DNA of 64,000 nucleotides from Candidatus Bathyarchaeota archaeon. Lineage in GTDB: Archaea; Thermoproteota; Bathyarchaeia; Bathyarchaeales; Bathyarchaeaceae. Below the pieces are notes generated by a model. The model ran no database searches and was not told the origin of the DNA. It saw nothing but the letters and a program-made list of their open reading frames with translations. Of this stretch, positions 40,684-50,984 are shown piece by piece. A program made the translations under genes and the position numbers. How positions within the stretch are numbered: position 1 is the stretch's first letter; each line of letters opens with the position of its first letter. The stretch covers positions 32,001-96,000 of the forward strand of contig CAVOMX010000011.1 of assembly GCA_963697165.1 (NCBI GenBank). Direction: 5' to 3'.

Positions 40684-40878
40684 AAACAGAAACTTGATAC
40701 ATTAAAACCAAATTAGCACTGATTTCAGAAAAGTTACTGTTTTCAACAATGAAGTATCATTAGTCTCCTAATACCGATACGGGTTTTGGGAAAGCAATAA
40801 ATTATGTTCAACAGAAAAAGGTAATCATATTGGCTTTGCTGGTGGTTTACAACGAGAAACAAGAAAATACTGCTGCTT

Positions 40879-43135
40879 TTGCTAATATTCGCTTTTTCAT
40901 TCTTGCTTAGAGTAGCAGTCATCTTTCATAACCCTTATCCCCCAAGTTCAGACATTGGCTTTCACGGCAGCATCATAAACCTCATACTCGATCAAGGAGA
41001 ATTACCAAACTGGAACCCGTATCATATGGGAGGCGAACCACTCGCAACACCACCCGGATTCCACTTTTTCGTAACTACCATGATACTTCTCACTGGAATG
41101 GATCTGATACTTGCAGAACTAATCACAGCTGCATTCTACAGCTCAGTCATAGTATTTCCTGCATTTCTTGTATCAAAGAAAATATGGAATAACAACAGTG
41201 CAGGTTTACTTGCAGCATTTTTTACAACAATTTCAACTTTGAGTCTTGAGATGATAAGTTGGGGCGGATACACAAACATTGTGTCCCTCTTGCTAATCGT
41301 AATAATTTTTTATCTGTTCCTCAAAGATACAAACAAACCAAAACTTAGTCACTTGCTTATAGGTGCCCTTCTTTTTGGGAGTCTAATTATAACTCATACG
41401 TTTAGCTTGTTTGTAGTTTTTCCAATCTTAGGGTTCTACCTTGTTTTGTTGCTGATAGGAAAATGGAAGAAAATAGAAGACATACAAATAAAGAGTGTGT
41501 TGCGTTTTTTTGTGGTTTCTGTAGGTGCAGGTGTTGTAGCCGTGTCGCCATGGATACTTAGGGTCTTTAGTTTTTATGTTGGTGCATCATCTGAAGGGGC
41601 AGCAACTGGTGGACTTGATAACCGAAACATTATACTTGAGAACCGTGCGGTTGATAGTATAATTTTGCTGTTAGTGATTGTTGTTATTCCAGCATTGGTT
41701 ATGTTTAAAGTATCAAGAAAAAAAATGTTTGACATCCAAAGTCTTCTTTTGATTGCATGGTTTCTTGTTCCGGTAGTTATGACGCAGGCTTACCTGTTTG
41801 GAGTAATCATTGATTACTCAAGATTCATGTACTTTTTTGACTTCCCAGTAATCATAATAATCTCAGCAGGGCTACTCTACCTTTTCCGTTACACAGCGAT
41901 AGCTATCAAGAAAGCCCCAAGAATCAGATTGAACAGAATCAAAAAAACTCTCCCAATAACAGCATTAATTACAAGTATAATCATTTTCATCATCGTTTCG
42001 CCAGGGTCAATCTTTCCAGACGATGCCATGCAAAGAGGGAACTTCTACTCAACAATACAAGAACCTGAAGCCGCAACACTAGAATGGATCAGAAACAATA
42101 CTCCAGAAGACTCTGTTCTTGTAGCAGATCACTCCTATGGATGGTGGCTTGGAGGAATTGGTGAAAGAACAACCCTGAGCGCTGCAGACTTTGAATTTCT
42201 CATATATTCCCACGAGCTGGAGGTTGCCAGAGCAGCACAGCTTTTTTTTGACAAAAACGACTACTATTTTGATAATAGCTTAATTCAAGTTAGAGACAAC
42301 GAGGGAAACGTTTCGGGTAAAGGCATAGAAGTTAGCATAGAACTGTTGAGTGGAGAATCTTTCCCAATATTTAACATCCAAGAAGAGGAGATGGTTTTTG
42401 AGTATCTGATTTACACTCAGGGAAAAGAAATCAATAGAACCAGAACAGTTTCAGAAATGGAAAGGGTTGGAACACCTACCATAATTAAAGAGGAAAACTC
42501 CTTTGTAACATTGATGGTACAATACCAAGATGAATTGTTCACGGTTAATAGAACATTGACAGTAAAACGAGGAGAAAGATTCGCTGAACTGTCATATGAC
42601 ATAGGGGTCAAAAATTTTCAAACTAACCTGTACCACATTTGGTTTCCAATAAATGTTAGAGAAGGTATCATGACCCGAGATGAGCTAGGTTTTCGCCAGG
42701 TTGGATTTTACTCTTGGTTTGGATTTTACTACTACCGGAATCAATTGTTTGGACAGGTAATCTTCCAAGAAGACCTCCCTGGACAGATTGATCACATAGA
42801 AAAGGAACCAAAAAGGGTCCGGATGCTGTTTAGATACCCAGGAAATAGAACTGTAAACATCAAAATGTTGATTGGGGTGTTTGACGCCCACGATCTAAGC
42901 TGGTCAGACGAGAGAAATAGTAGAAGACAAATATCTTGAATTTCTAGCAGCGCCCCAAGAAACAGAAACCACAGACTCATTGTTTATATGGGATTACACA
43001 GAAATGATCGAAAAATACAAAGTTTCATTTGTAGTTTGCAGAGACCAAGAAGTCTATTTGAAGTTCTCTGAAGATCCCAACTTTCGGCTATTATTCAACA
43101 GCGGAAACGTCGCCATTTTTCAAGTAGTAAAATGA
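40879..43135 (+). CDS. GT-C-like multi-TM membrane protein (paralog A), indel near 42912
   Basis: PSSDIGFH after TM1, PPGFH, EMISWGGYTN, about 12 TMs, EWIRNNTPEDSV; the shifted frame continues EIVEDKY..KYKVSFVVC..FNSGNVAIFQVVK to TGA 43135; start may lie near 40842. Confidence 0.72.
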
Positions 43136-43437
43136 CCTATTTCTATTAGGTTCAAAAGGAATCTGGAAGACCAAAAATCATCTATTCTATCCTAAGTAAA
43201 ATTAACCGCCAACTGTCCCACTTGCTTCTAGAAGACTAGCGAAGATAATACATCTCAAATTAAACTGCCGTAAAACCTTCTGCAAATATGAGAAAAGCGG
43301 ATACTAGAAAAAGATAAAGAGCATTCAATGACAACTAAAACAGCATCCAAAAGATCTCAGTATCTGAGGAAGTAAAAATAAAATATATTACTTCCCAGAA
43401 TAATCTGGTCTCATCCAATTCAAAGTAAAATCAACCA

Positions 43438-43752
43438 TTGAATCCAGAAAGGTGTAGGCGTATGATTGAAAATGAATTCAATATTCTACCAGGAGGTTGG
43501 CGCAACAAGGATGAGCCTATTATTCTTTGGGAGACTTTGGAAATACATAGTGCGTGTATAGTTATTCAGACTTTGAATAAGGCATACTATACGAAGTCTT
43601 ATCAGAGAATGCCTTTCGAGGTCTTTGTTGAGATTACCAGCAAAGGATCTATAGATAATCTTTTTACAAAGATAATTTCTTTAGAGGAGTCAATCAAAGA
43701 ACGAGTATGGTATGTTGGTGGCTTCTATAAGGCGGAGATCGAATATTCATGA
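43438..43752 (+). CDS. Hypothetical protein
   Basis: About 100-aa ORF filling the intergenic gap (probable ATG 43462); no motif recognised. Confidence 0.4.
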   Translation: MNPERCRRMIENEFNILPGGWRNKDEPIILWETLEIHSACIVIQTLNKAYYTKSYQRMPFEVFVEITSKGSIDNLFTKIISLEESIKERVWYVGGFYKAEIEYS

Positions 43753-43786
43753 GCGATACTATTGTCCCTGTTTACGCGGAATATAA

Positions 43787-44926
43787 TTGGGCTTCAAGGA
43801 TTGGATGTATAGTGGTGTGCAAAACCTGAAAATAGCTTTTCTGACCGAGTTTTTCCACCCCCACGTAGGCGGATGTGAGCGAAGGTATTTGGAAATTGGG
43901 AGTAGACTAGCGACCAAGGGCCATGAAATAGATGTGTTTACCATTAAATATGATCAAAATTTGCCTAAAGAAGAACAAGTAAACGGAATATCTGTACACC
44001 GATATGCTTATTCTCGGAACTACGTTTCACCTAATGGCTTTCGTTCTTTTGGGGGTATTGCAAAATATTCAGCAGCCACTTTCATGCGATTACTAGGCTC
44101 AGATTACGATCTTTATTACTGTAACCAGTGGCCAATGCTTCACTCTGTATTTGCAAAACCTGTAGCTACTCCTCTAATTCAGGAGTGGTGTGAAGTTTGG
44201 ACTAATTTTATAAAAGTAATTTTGATGCAGAGACTACTAAAGAAGGTTGGCGACTACCATGTTGCTGTTTCAGAATTTACGAGACAAAGACTATTGAATC
44301 TTCTGAAGATTAGCCCCTCAAAAGTTGCCTTGATTCCCAATGGGGTCGACTTCGCAAAGTTTAGCAGTTCACATACCAAGGTATGGGGGCGGATCGTCTA
44401 CGCCGGCCGTATCGAGTCTCATAAACATGTAGATTTGTTAGTTGAGGCTTTTCGTAAAGTTAAAAATAAAATACCTGCCACAGAGTTACATATTATAGGT
44501 TCTGGTACAAAACTTCAGTCAATCAGGGACAGGGCTGCGGGTATCAAGGATTGTTTTGTTCATGGCTTTATGCCCGAAGATGAGATGGTTGATTTATTGA
44601 AAAGTGCTTGGCTTTTTGTTTTGCCAAGCGAGAGAGAAGGTTCAGGTATTGTGGTCCTGGAGGCAATGGCGGCGGGTGTACCCTTTGTTACTATAGACCA
44701 TCCAGATAACGCCACAAAGGAATTTTGCAATTTCAAATGCGGTCTAGTGGTAGAACCGCGAGAAATTTCAATTGCTGCAGCTATTACTCAGCTTTTTAAT
44801 AATGAGGAGCTATGGAAAGAACTGAGCTTAAACGCTTTGAACTTTGCTAAAAAATACGACTGGGATATAATCACAAATTATGTTGAAGACTTTTTTGGAC
44901 GGGTAGTCAAGAATGCTGGCAAATAG
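43787..44926 (+). CDS. GT4-family glycosyltransferase
   Basis: KIAFLTEFFHPHVGGCE, IPNGVD, YAGRI..HK, PSEREGSGIVVLEAMAAG; overlaps the start of the next gene. Confidence 0.92.
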   Translation: MGFKDWMYSGVQNLKIAFLTEFFHPHVGGCERRYLEIGSRLATKGHEIDVFTIKYDQNLPKEEQVNGISVHRYAYSRNYVSPNGFRSFGGIAKYSAATFMRLLGSDYDLYYCNQWPMLHSVFAKPVATPLIQEWCEVWTNFIKVILMQRLLKKVGDYHVAVSEFTRQRLLNLLKISPSKVALIPNGVDFAKFSSSHTKVWGRIVYAGRIESHKHVDLLVEAFRKVKNKIPATELHIIGSGTKLQSIRDRAAGIKDCFVHGFMPEDEMVDLLKSAWLFVLPSEREGSGIVVLEAMAAGVPFVTIDHPDNATKEFCNFKCGLVVEPREISIAAAITQLFNNEELWKELSLNALNFAKKYDWDIITNYVEDFFGRVVKNAGK

Positions 44927-47171
44927 GCGTTTGTCTTCATATCTTCCTTTGTTTCTAATTCTACTGCTAGTAATCATTTCTTTCGTTTATTATTTTGTTG
45001 GGTTAAGCAATTTCAAGGCTCCGCCTGGTTCTGATTATGGGAATTATCTTACTCAAGTAGAGATTTTGCGTGGAAACGACTTAAGAGGATGGGGTCTTCG
45101 GCATAACCCAATTTTTTTTATCATACTTGATATTTTTCTTAGAATATTTGAAGAGTTTGATGCATTGAAAATTGTAGCCTCTTTGGTCTTTTCATTATTG
45201 GCTATTCCATTTTTTCTTTTTGCAAAAAAACTCTCGGGTAGTCGTCTTGCTGCTGTGATTTGTACATGGCTTTTTGTTTTCTTCATAAGTAATTCTGAGA
45301 TGATTTCGTGGGGAGGAAACCCCAACTTTCTAGGTTTTTCTTTTATGTTACTCACTTTATTCTTTTTTACCGATTTAATGGATGAACCTTCTAAAAAGAA
45401 CCTACTACTTTCAGGTTTCTTCTTGAGCTTAGTTATAGGCACACACATTCTTGTTGCAATTTACTTGTTGTTTTCGTTTTTGATCTTCTTTATAGCGACA
45501 ACGTTGGCGAATAGAGGAATTAACAAAATCCGAGTCAAAAATATATTTCTAATGACTTTAGTTACCGTGGTATTTTGCATACCCTACTTTTCTTTTTACA
45601 TTAATTTTCTTAGGAATTCTTCAAATGAGATGGCGCAAAATACTCTTTTTCAAATACAGATACCGCAAATTTCCTTTGGTAGCATATGGGGATTGGTGGA
45701 ATACTGGGAATTCTTTGTTGTAGCAATTGTATTTGTTCTAGGCATCTTTGCGCTATCTAAATACGTTAAGGAGGAGAATAAAAATAATGGACTGCTTCTC
45801 TGCAGTCTTTCCCTGTCGCCACTTCTTCTAGCTTTGGTTACTGAACACCTTTTCCGATGGCTCTATTTTCTGCCCATCCCCCTGATTTTGTGTTTCGGTA
45901 TTTACTTAAGAGACCTGTTTTTCGATGTAGTCTGGCTTTTTGACAATATCAAAGAAAACATCATTATACATGCTTACAAGAGTGTTAAAAATTCAAGGAA
46001 GACCATTTACCTTCTTGTTATTTGTTTTATATCAATAATCGGTTTCTATTCAACAGTAATGACGTTTAGATATTTTTATCCGAACAATAGATCAGTAATA
46101 GCAGCACCACTAAGTTACCAGTTCATAGAGAATGATGAAATCGAAGCATTCAAATGGATCAAAGAGAACACTGCCCCGAATGCCACAATAGCAACCTCTG
46201 GACATCCAAATGGGAATATAGGTGGCGGAGGCAATTCATACGGCTGGTGGATCGAAGGATATTGCAAGCGAGTATGTGTATTTTCAGGAGATCTCAACTA
46301 CTTCTCGTACAAACTTGAGCGAGACGAAATCCGAATCGCCAATCGCATTTTCGCAGGAACTTATTCTGCTGAATACGAGAATCTTAGAGTAACCGAGTCT
46401 TATCCTTCAAGCACCACAAACCCAAAGATCGCTGCCTTTATTGATAACGATTATCAAGACATGTCTTACCTTAAACGATGCCCAACATCAATTGTTTTTC
46501 TCTCCAAACGAAAACCATCTGAAAATAGGATTGCTCCATTCTACTCTGAAAATAGGACTTCAAGCATCGAATATGGCGATACATGGGCAAACCTTACTTT
46601 TACCTACGAGCAACCTTATTTTGAACTCATTCGAAGTATAATCATTGGAGAAGAGAAGTCATCGGTGGATGTCGTCTTTCAAATACTGCCCAAAAACTCT
46701 ACGCTGAGGTTGTTCAAGGTTAATCTATGGTGCATTGTTCGACACATCACTGGAAGATTGTGAGCCAATAGAAGATTATGGATTTTCCCTTTCTCAAACA
46801 CCACCCAATGAAGATGCACAAACTCAAATCACATTACAAGAAACCAACGGAAACGTTGACGAGTGCCAAAGTCCTGTTCGAAAACCCAAAAGGCTCCATG
46901 CCAGTTATATCTTACTCCTTCGAACCATTGCAAGACAGTCTTTATGTTCGTATTAGGATATTAATAGAATCCCCCACCGAGGATACCGATGACACTCAGG
47001 AATTTCAACTTTTACGATTCATATGACTTGATCAAAGATCTGACACATTGATTATATCCTCCTAAACAGGTATCGAGTGAACGAATTTCAGAGGTTTCTT
47101 TATGACTCTGAACACTTTACCTTTTTGAAGAGTTTCAAAACGAAAGCATAGTTATATTCAAAGTTAATTAG
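44913..47171 (+). CDS. GT-C-like multi-TM membrane protein (paralog B), several indels between 46460 and 47130
   Basis: PGSDYGNY, EMISWGGNPN, KWIKENT, YGWWIEG; fragments 46735-46956 and 46778-47026 plus IDYILLNR..FQNESIVIFKVN reconstruct a C-terminus ending at TAG 47171. Confidence 0.65.
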
Positions 47172-47217
47172 GTTGAATTCAAAAATTAGAAGAAAAGGCA
47201 TTTATTCGCTGTTTCGT

Positions 47218-47804
47218 TTACAATGGTACATTGGGAAGATAGCTAACGTAGATTTCAAAATAGTTAATATTCCTGTTAGTTGTGGCAAACACCATATTAA
47301 TGGAGACGGTTTCTCCGCTTTTCAGACTCAACTCGTAACAGCCCCGAAATGGATTACCGCGATGAAGCGTCCCCACAATGTCTCCTTCTTCATCATACAT
47401 GTATACATCTATCCCGACGAGACAATCGCTAATGCCTTCTTGTCGAGAATTGAATAATTTCCTCTACGGTGTAATCATTCCTGACTGTTGCGTTTATTAC
47501 AATTGCAGGAACACCCATGTAAGCCTCATAGCCGCTATCGGACGTAAAGCTTACGTTGGAATAATCGTAAGTTAGAGTGGCTGATTCAAGAAAGATTTTG
47601 GTTATTTTATAACTGTTGTTTGGAAAGTATGGTGGCCTAGATAAATAGTGTGGACCAATTGTCATAGTATCAGATGCTGAAAAATCAGATAGTGCGTCTG
47701 ATTCCTTGAGATGACAATCGGTGTTTGTTAGCATAAAGAACAAACAGTATACTGACTCCTACAATAATGACTGCGATTGACGAAATCCAGATGCGTCTTC
47801 CCAA
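47218..47804 (-). CDS. Membrane-anchored hypothetical protein (about 195 aa), two apparent indels
   Basis: TTG 47804 gives MGRRIWISSIAVIIVGVSILFVLY; joins ORF 47429-47743 (KIFLESAT, VINATVRNDY) and ORF 47218-47400 via QEGISDCLVGIDVYMYD. Confidence 0.6.
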
Positions 47805-47879
47805 CTCACTCAAGCTCTCGACTGTATTATAGGGTTAACTATAATTAAACTTTTAAAGCCGAGATAGGATATTATTTGT

Positions 47880-47988
47880 TGTTTTCCTTTTGTCGTGGAG
47901 AGAGTTGCTACCTGAAGTTCTCGGAATACCCAAACTTCAGATTCGTATTCAACAGCGGAAACGTCGCAGTTTTCCAATAGTAAAATAA
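47880..47988 (+). pseudogene. Remnant of the 3' end of a GT-C-like paralog
   Basis: Encodes YLKFSEYPNFRFVFNSGNVAVFQ vs YLKFSEDPNFRLLFNSGNVAIFQ at 43054-43123; 22-bp identity between 47946-47967 and 43092-43113. Confidence 0.75.
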
Positions 47989-47998
47989 AACGGTTCTA

Positions 47999-48088
47999 TC
48001 AATGACAGCTTTTCGCGTTCACATGCACAATCGTTTCAACCATATCATCTAATTCGTTGACAGTTACATGTCTTATTGAATCCAGCAC
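47999..48088 (-). CDS. Possible 29-aa small protein
   Basis: GTG start 6 nt after SD-like GGGGTGA; MLDSIRHVTVNELDDMVETIVHVNAKSCH. Confidence 0.25.
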   Translation of the reverse strand: MLDSIRHVTVNELDDMVETIVHVNAKSCH

Positions 48089-48175
48089 CTTAATTCACCC
48101 CGCCTAAACGATCAATGATGGTTGGGCACAATTTAGTTCCATTGATTAGAACAGACTGTTCTAGTTACTGAACAT

Positions 48176-48388
48176 TCACTGCGTCTGAATTCTTTTACGG
48201 TTTTTTGATAATCTGAAAAGAATACTGGAAACCAGCCTCTTTCGTTTGAGGTTTATTTCCAGAGTCCCAGTTTCCATGCAATCCAAACAGATGTTAAACT
48301 CGCAGGCCAAACCGTCATGAAAAACAAACTTGCAGGGATACACTGCAACAACCGAATCGCCGCAACAATCACAGAACATGTGCTTCAT
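48176..48388 (-). CDS. Small putative Zn-finger protein with basic tail
   Basis: MKHMFCDCCG..ICLDC..KRKR..KNRKR. Confidence 0.5.
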   Translation of the reverse strand: MKHMFCDCCGDSVVAVYPCKFVFHDGLACEFNICLDCMETGTLEINLKRKRLVSSILFRLSKNRKRIQTQ

Positions 48389-48663
48389 GACTTCAACCTT
48401 AAGAGGCAAGAGATGACACAACTTAAAAGGAAAGTTTCTTGAGCAAAAATGCTAGTAAAACGGATGTATTTACGAATTAGATATAATACAGTATAGAAAC
48501 AAAGCCAGACCAAAAAGGAGCAAATAATAATTCTCACCCAAAAGAAGAACAAAAAACAACATACACTAGAAGATGCCGCTAATCCACGTGAAACTGATAT
48601 TTTAATTAAGGCAATCTCTGTAACAATGTACTTCTGGCGCCCAATAACATTGGAGGACTATTA

Positions 48664-50964
48664 GTGCGAAGATTAAAACTATCAACTATTGAACTGATTT
48701 TCATACTAATTTCCGTATCCATGTTATGTTCTATCACATTTTACCAAATGTCCACAGCAGGAATACTACCAGGCAACGACCCTGGAGTACACCTTGGAAA
48801 ATCACAAAAAATCGTAATCGACCAAAGAGTCACATACAGTGCAGTCCCATGGTATCCCCCCCTATTTCACACAATACTCGCAATGCTCCAAATATTAGCA
48901 GGAACCCTAGACGTCATAACAGCTGCATTTATATTAAAAATGCTAATCGCAACACTCAACATCCTAATCCTATTATCCACCTACCTGCTGTGCCGAAAAT
49001 TATTCGGAACAGGCGTCGCAGTTGCAGCATCCGTCTTTACGATTTTGTCAGTTCCACTTTCTGAAATGATCTTCTGGGGAGGCTATGCAAACTTTCTGGG
49101 TTTAGCATACATAGCATTCATTTTTTATATAATGAACAAAGACATACAAGTTTACCTTAAAATGGGACTCCTATTTGTTGGATCATTCACCATCGTATTG
49201 ACACATCAACTTGCCACCTTCGTCTTCATTCTAATGTTCATTCCTGCTTTTCTAGTCAACAGAACAAGCGGCAAAAAAAGAAAAAACCTAGCATTACTCG
49301 GAGTTGTTATTGGCGGAGGCTTAGCACTGCTGGCATGGTACGCAAGGCTGTTAATCGAGTATTCCAGCATGATTATTGAGCATCTCTTTTTTGCAATGCA
49401 AGAGAACGTTTACAACATACCCGAAGTATGGTTTGACGCATTAATCAGAAACAATTTTGGGGAATCACTATTTTTGGCGTTAGCAGGCATTCCCTTGACC
49501 TTCATCTTACTAAAGAAAAAGAGAATGTGGGAGGCATTAGTATTAATTTTTTCGTGGATTGCCATTCCCTTTCTTTTGTCTCAGTCATACCTTTTTGAGC
49601 TGTACTTACCATACATTCGTTTCGTCTACTTTTTTGCCACACCAATAGCCATTCTCGCAGGAGTATTCACCTACAGTCTCACAAAGATACCCGAATTCGT
49701 CGAGAAGAAAATCGCCTCAAACAACAGAATAAAACAAACAATCATGAAGGCTACCAAAGTTTTCACTCTGACAATAATAATTGCGTTATTCATCATACAA
49801 GGCGCCTTCTTTCTACAAAGAACCGAAACATATCCACAATTCTATGAAAGAGGGTCAATCTCAAGCTACAGTTCGGGTCTTTGGATAAAAGAACATTCAC
49901 CATCAGAAGGAACAATTGTTACAGCAAGAAGCCCGGGGTCATTGTTCTCCATCTTTTCGGGTCATCAAACAATTGAAGAAACAAACCCTTATTATTCCAG
50001 AACCGCAGTTGCCGAATCAGTATTGTATAGCTTCTATGAGATAGAAAACAGTCGCACGCTCATTCGAGAGTATGCGCATGCAACCCCAAACGCAGGACAG
50101 GAAATTTATGTCCCAATTCATAACATTTGGAAGAGAGGCATCAGCATAACTAACCAAAATGCAAGCCTGATTTATATTGATCCGCTAGGCAAGTGGGTTA
50201 CAATTCCGCTATCCGAAACAGAGGAATCGATTCACTGGGTTATGAGAACCCCTGATGAGGCACAGCTGGTTTCAGAATATATTCACGATATTTTCACCGT
50301 CGAGAAGATTGTTACGTTTTCGAGCAACAGTTCAGTAATTGATGTTAGTTGGGTTATTGAGGCTCACAAAAACTTAGCAGACGTCAAACTGACAGTTAGC
50401 AATGATATGGATCCATCTTTAGATTTTAAGGAAGCCATTGTTCCAGGAGTTCTTGAATGGCAGAATCCTTGGGACAACTCCACATACGTTCACGAGAACG
50501 GTCTTTGGACTGTTATAGAGGGTTCTTTCGATATGGTAGACGGAAATGTTGTAGCGATACTTGATCCAAAAAATGATGTGTTAGCGGTTTTCGAATTCCT
50601 TGACAGACCAGATTGGCTTATCCTTGGCGCCCTAGAAAACCGGTTCATAGACGTTTTGAGGCTCCGATACGAATTAGGCAATTTGAATGCAAACGAAAAA
50701 AAGGAAATCTCATGTTCAATACTTCTTTGCACCTCAGACTTCCAAGACATCAAACAGTGGGCAGCATCGGATTTGCAGCAACAATATGATTCAACAACAA
50801 AACTAAAGATCGAAGAAAGAGACTATGCCACATACATTGAAGAGTATGACATCAAGTTTGTGGTCTTTGACACAAAACAGGTTCTTACAGACAAAGTGGC
50901 ATCTCCTGACCTAGACAGAATTTACGACAACAACAGAACCACAATATACACCACAAAAAGATAG
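48664..50964 (+). CDS. GT-C-like multi-TM membrane protein (paralog C, intact)
   Basis: PGNDPGVH, WYPPLFH, EMIFWGGYAN, LTHQ, RFVYF, LWIKEHS, EEYDIKFVVFD. Confidence 0.75.
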   Translation: MRRLKLSTIELIFILISVSMLCSITFYQMSTAGILPGNDPGVHLGKSQKIVIDQRVTYSAVPWYPPLFHTILAMLQILAGTLDVITAAFILKMLIATLNILILLSTYLLCRKLFGTGVAVAASVFTILSVPLSEMIFWGGYANFLGLAYIAFIFYIMNKDIQVYLKMGLLFVGSFTIVLTHQLATFVFILMFIPAFLVNRTSGKKRKNLALLGVVIGGGLALLAWYARLLIEYSSMIIEHLFFAMQENVYNIPEVWFDALIRNNFGESLFLALAGIPLTFILLKKKRMWEALVLIFSWIAIPFLLSQSYLFELYLPYIRFVYFFATPIAILAGVFTYSLTKIPEFVEKKIASNNRIKQTIMKATKVFTLTIIIALFIIQGAFFLQRTETYPQFYERGSISSYSSGLWIKEHSPSEGTIVTARSPGSLFSIFSGHQTIEETNPYYSRTAVAESVLYSFYEIENSRTLIREYAHATPNAGQEIYVPIHNIWKRGISITNQNASLIYIDPLGKWVTIPLSETEESIHWVMRTPDEAQLVSEYIHDIFTVEKIVTFSSNSSVIDVSWVIEAHKNLADVKLTVSNDMDPSLDFKEAIVPGVLEWQNPWDNSTYVHENGLWTVIEGSFDMVDGNVVAILDPKNDVLAVFEFLDRPDWLILGALENRFIDVLRLRYELGNLNANEKKEISCSILLCTSDFQDIKQWAASDLQQQYDSTTKLKIEERDYATYIEEYDIKFVVFDTKQVLTDKVASPDLDRIYDNNRTTIYTTKR

Positions 50965-50984
50965 TTGCCTTTACGTTGCAGACT

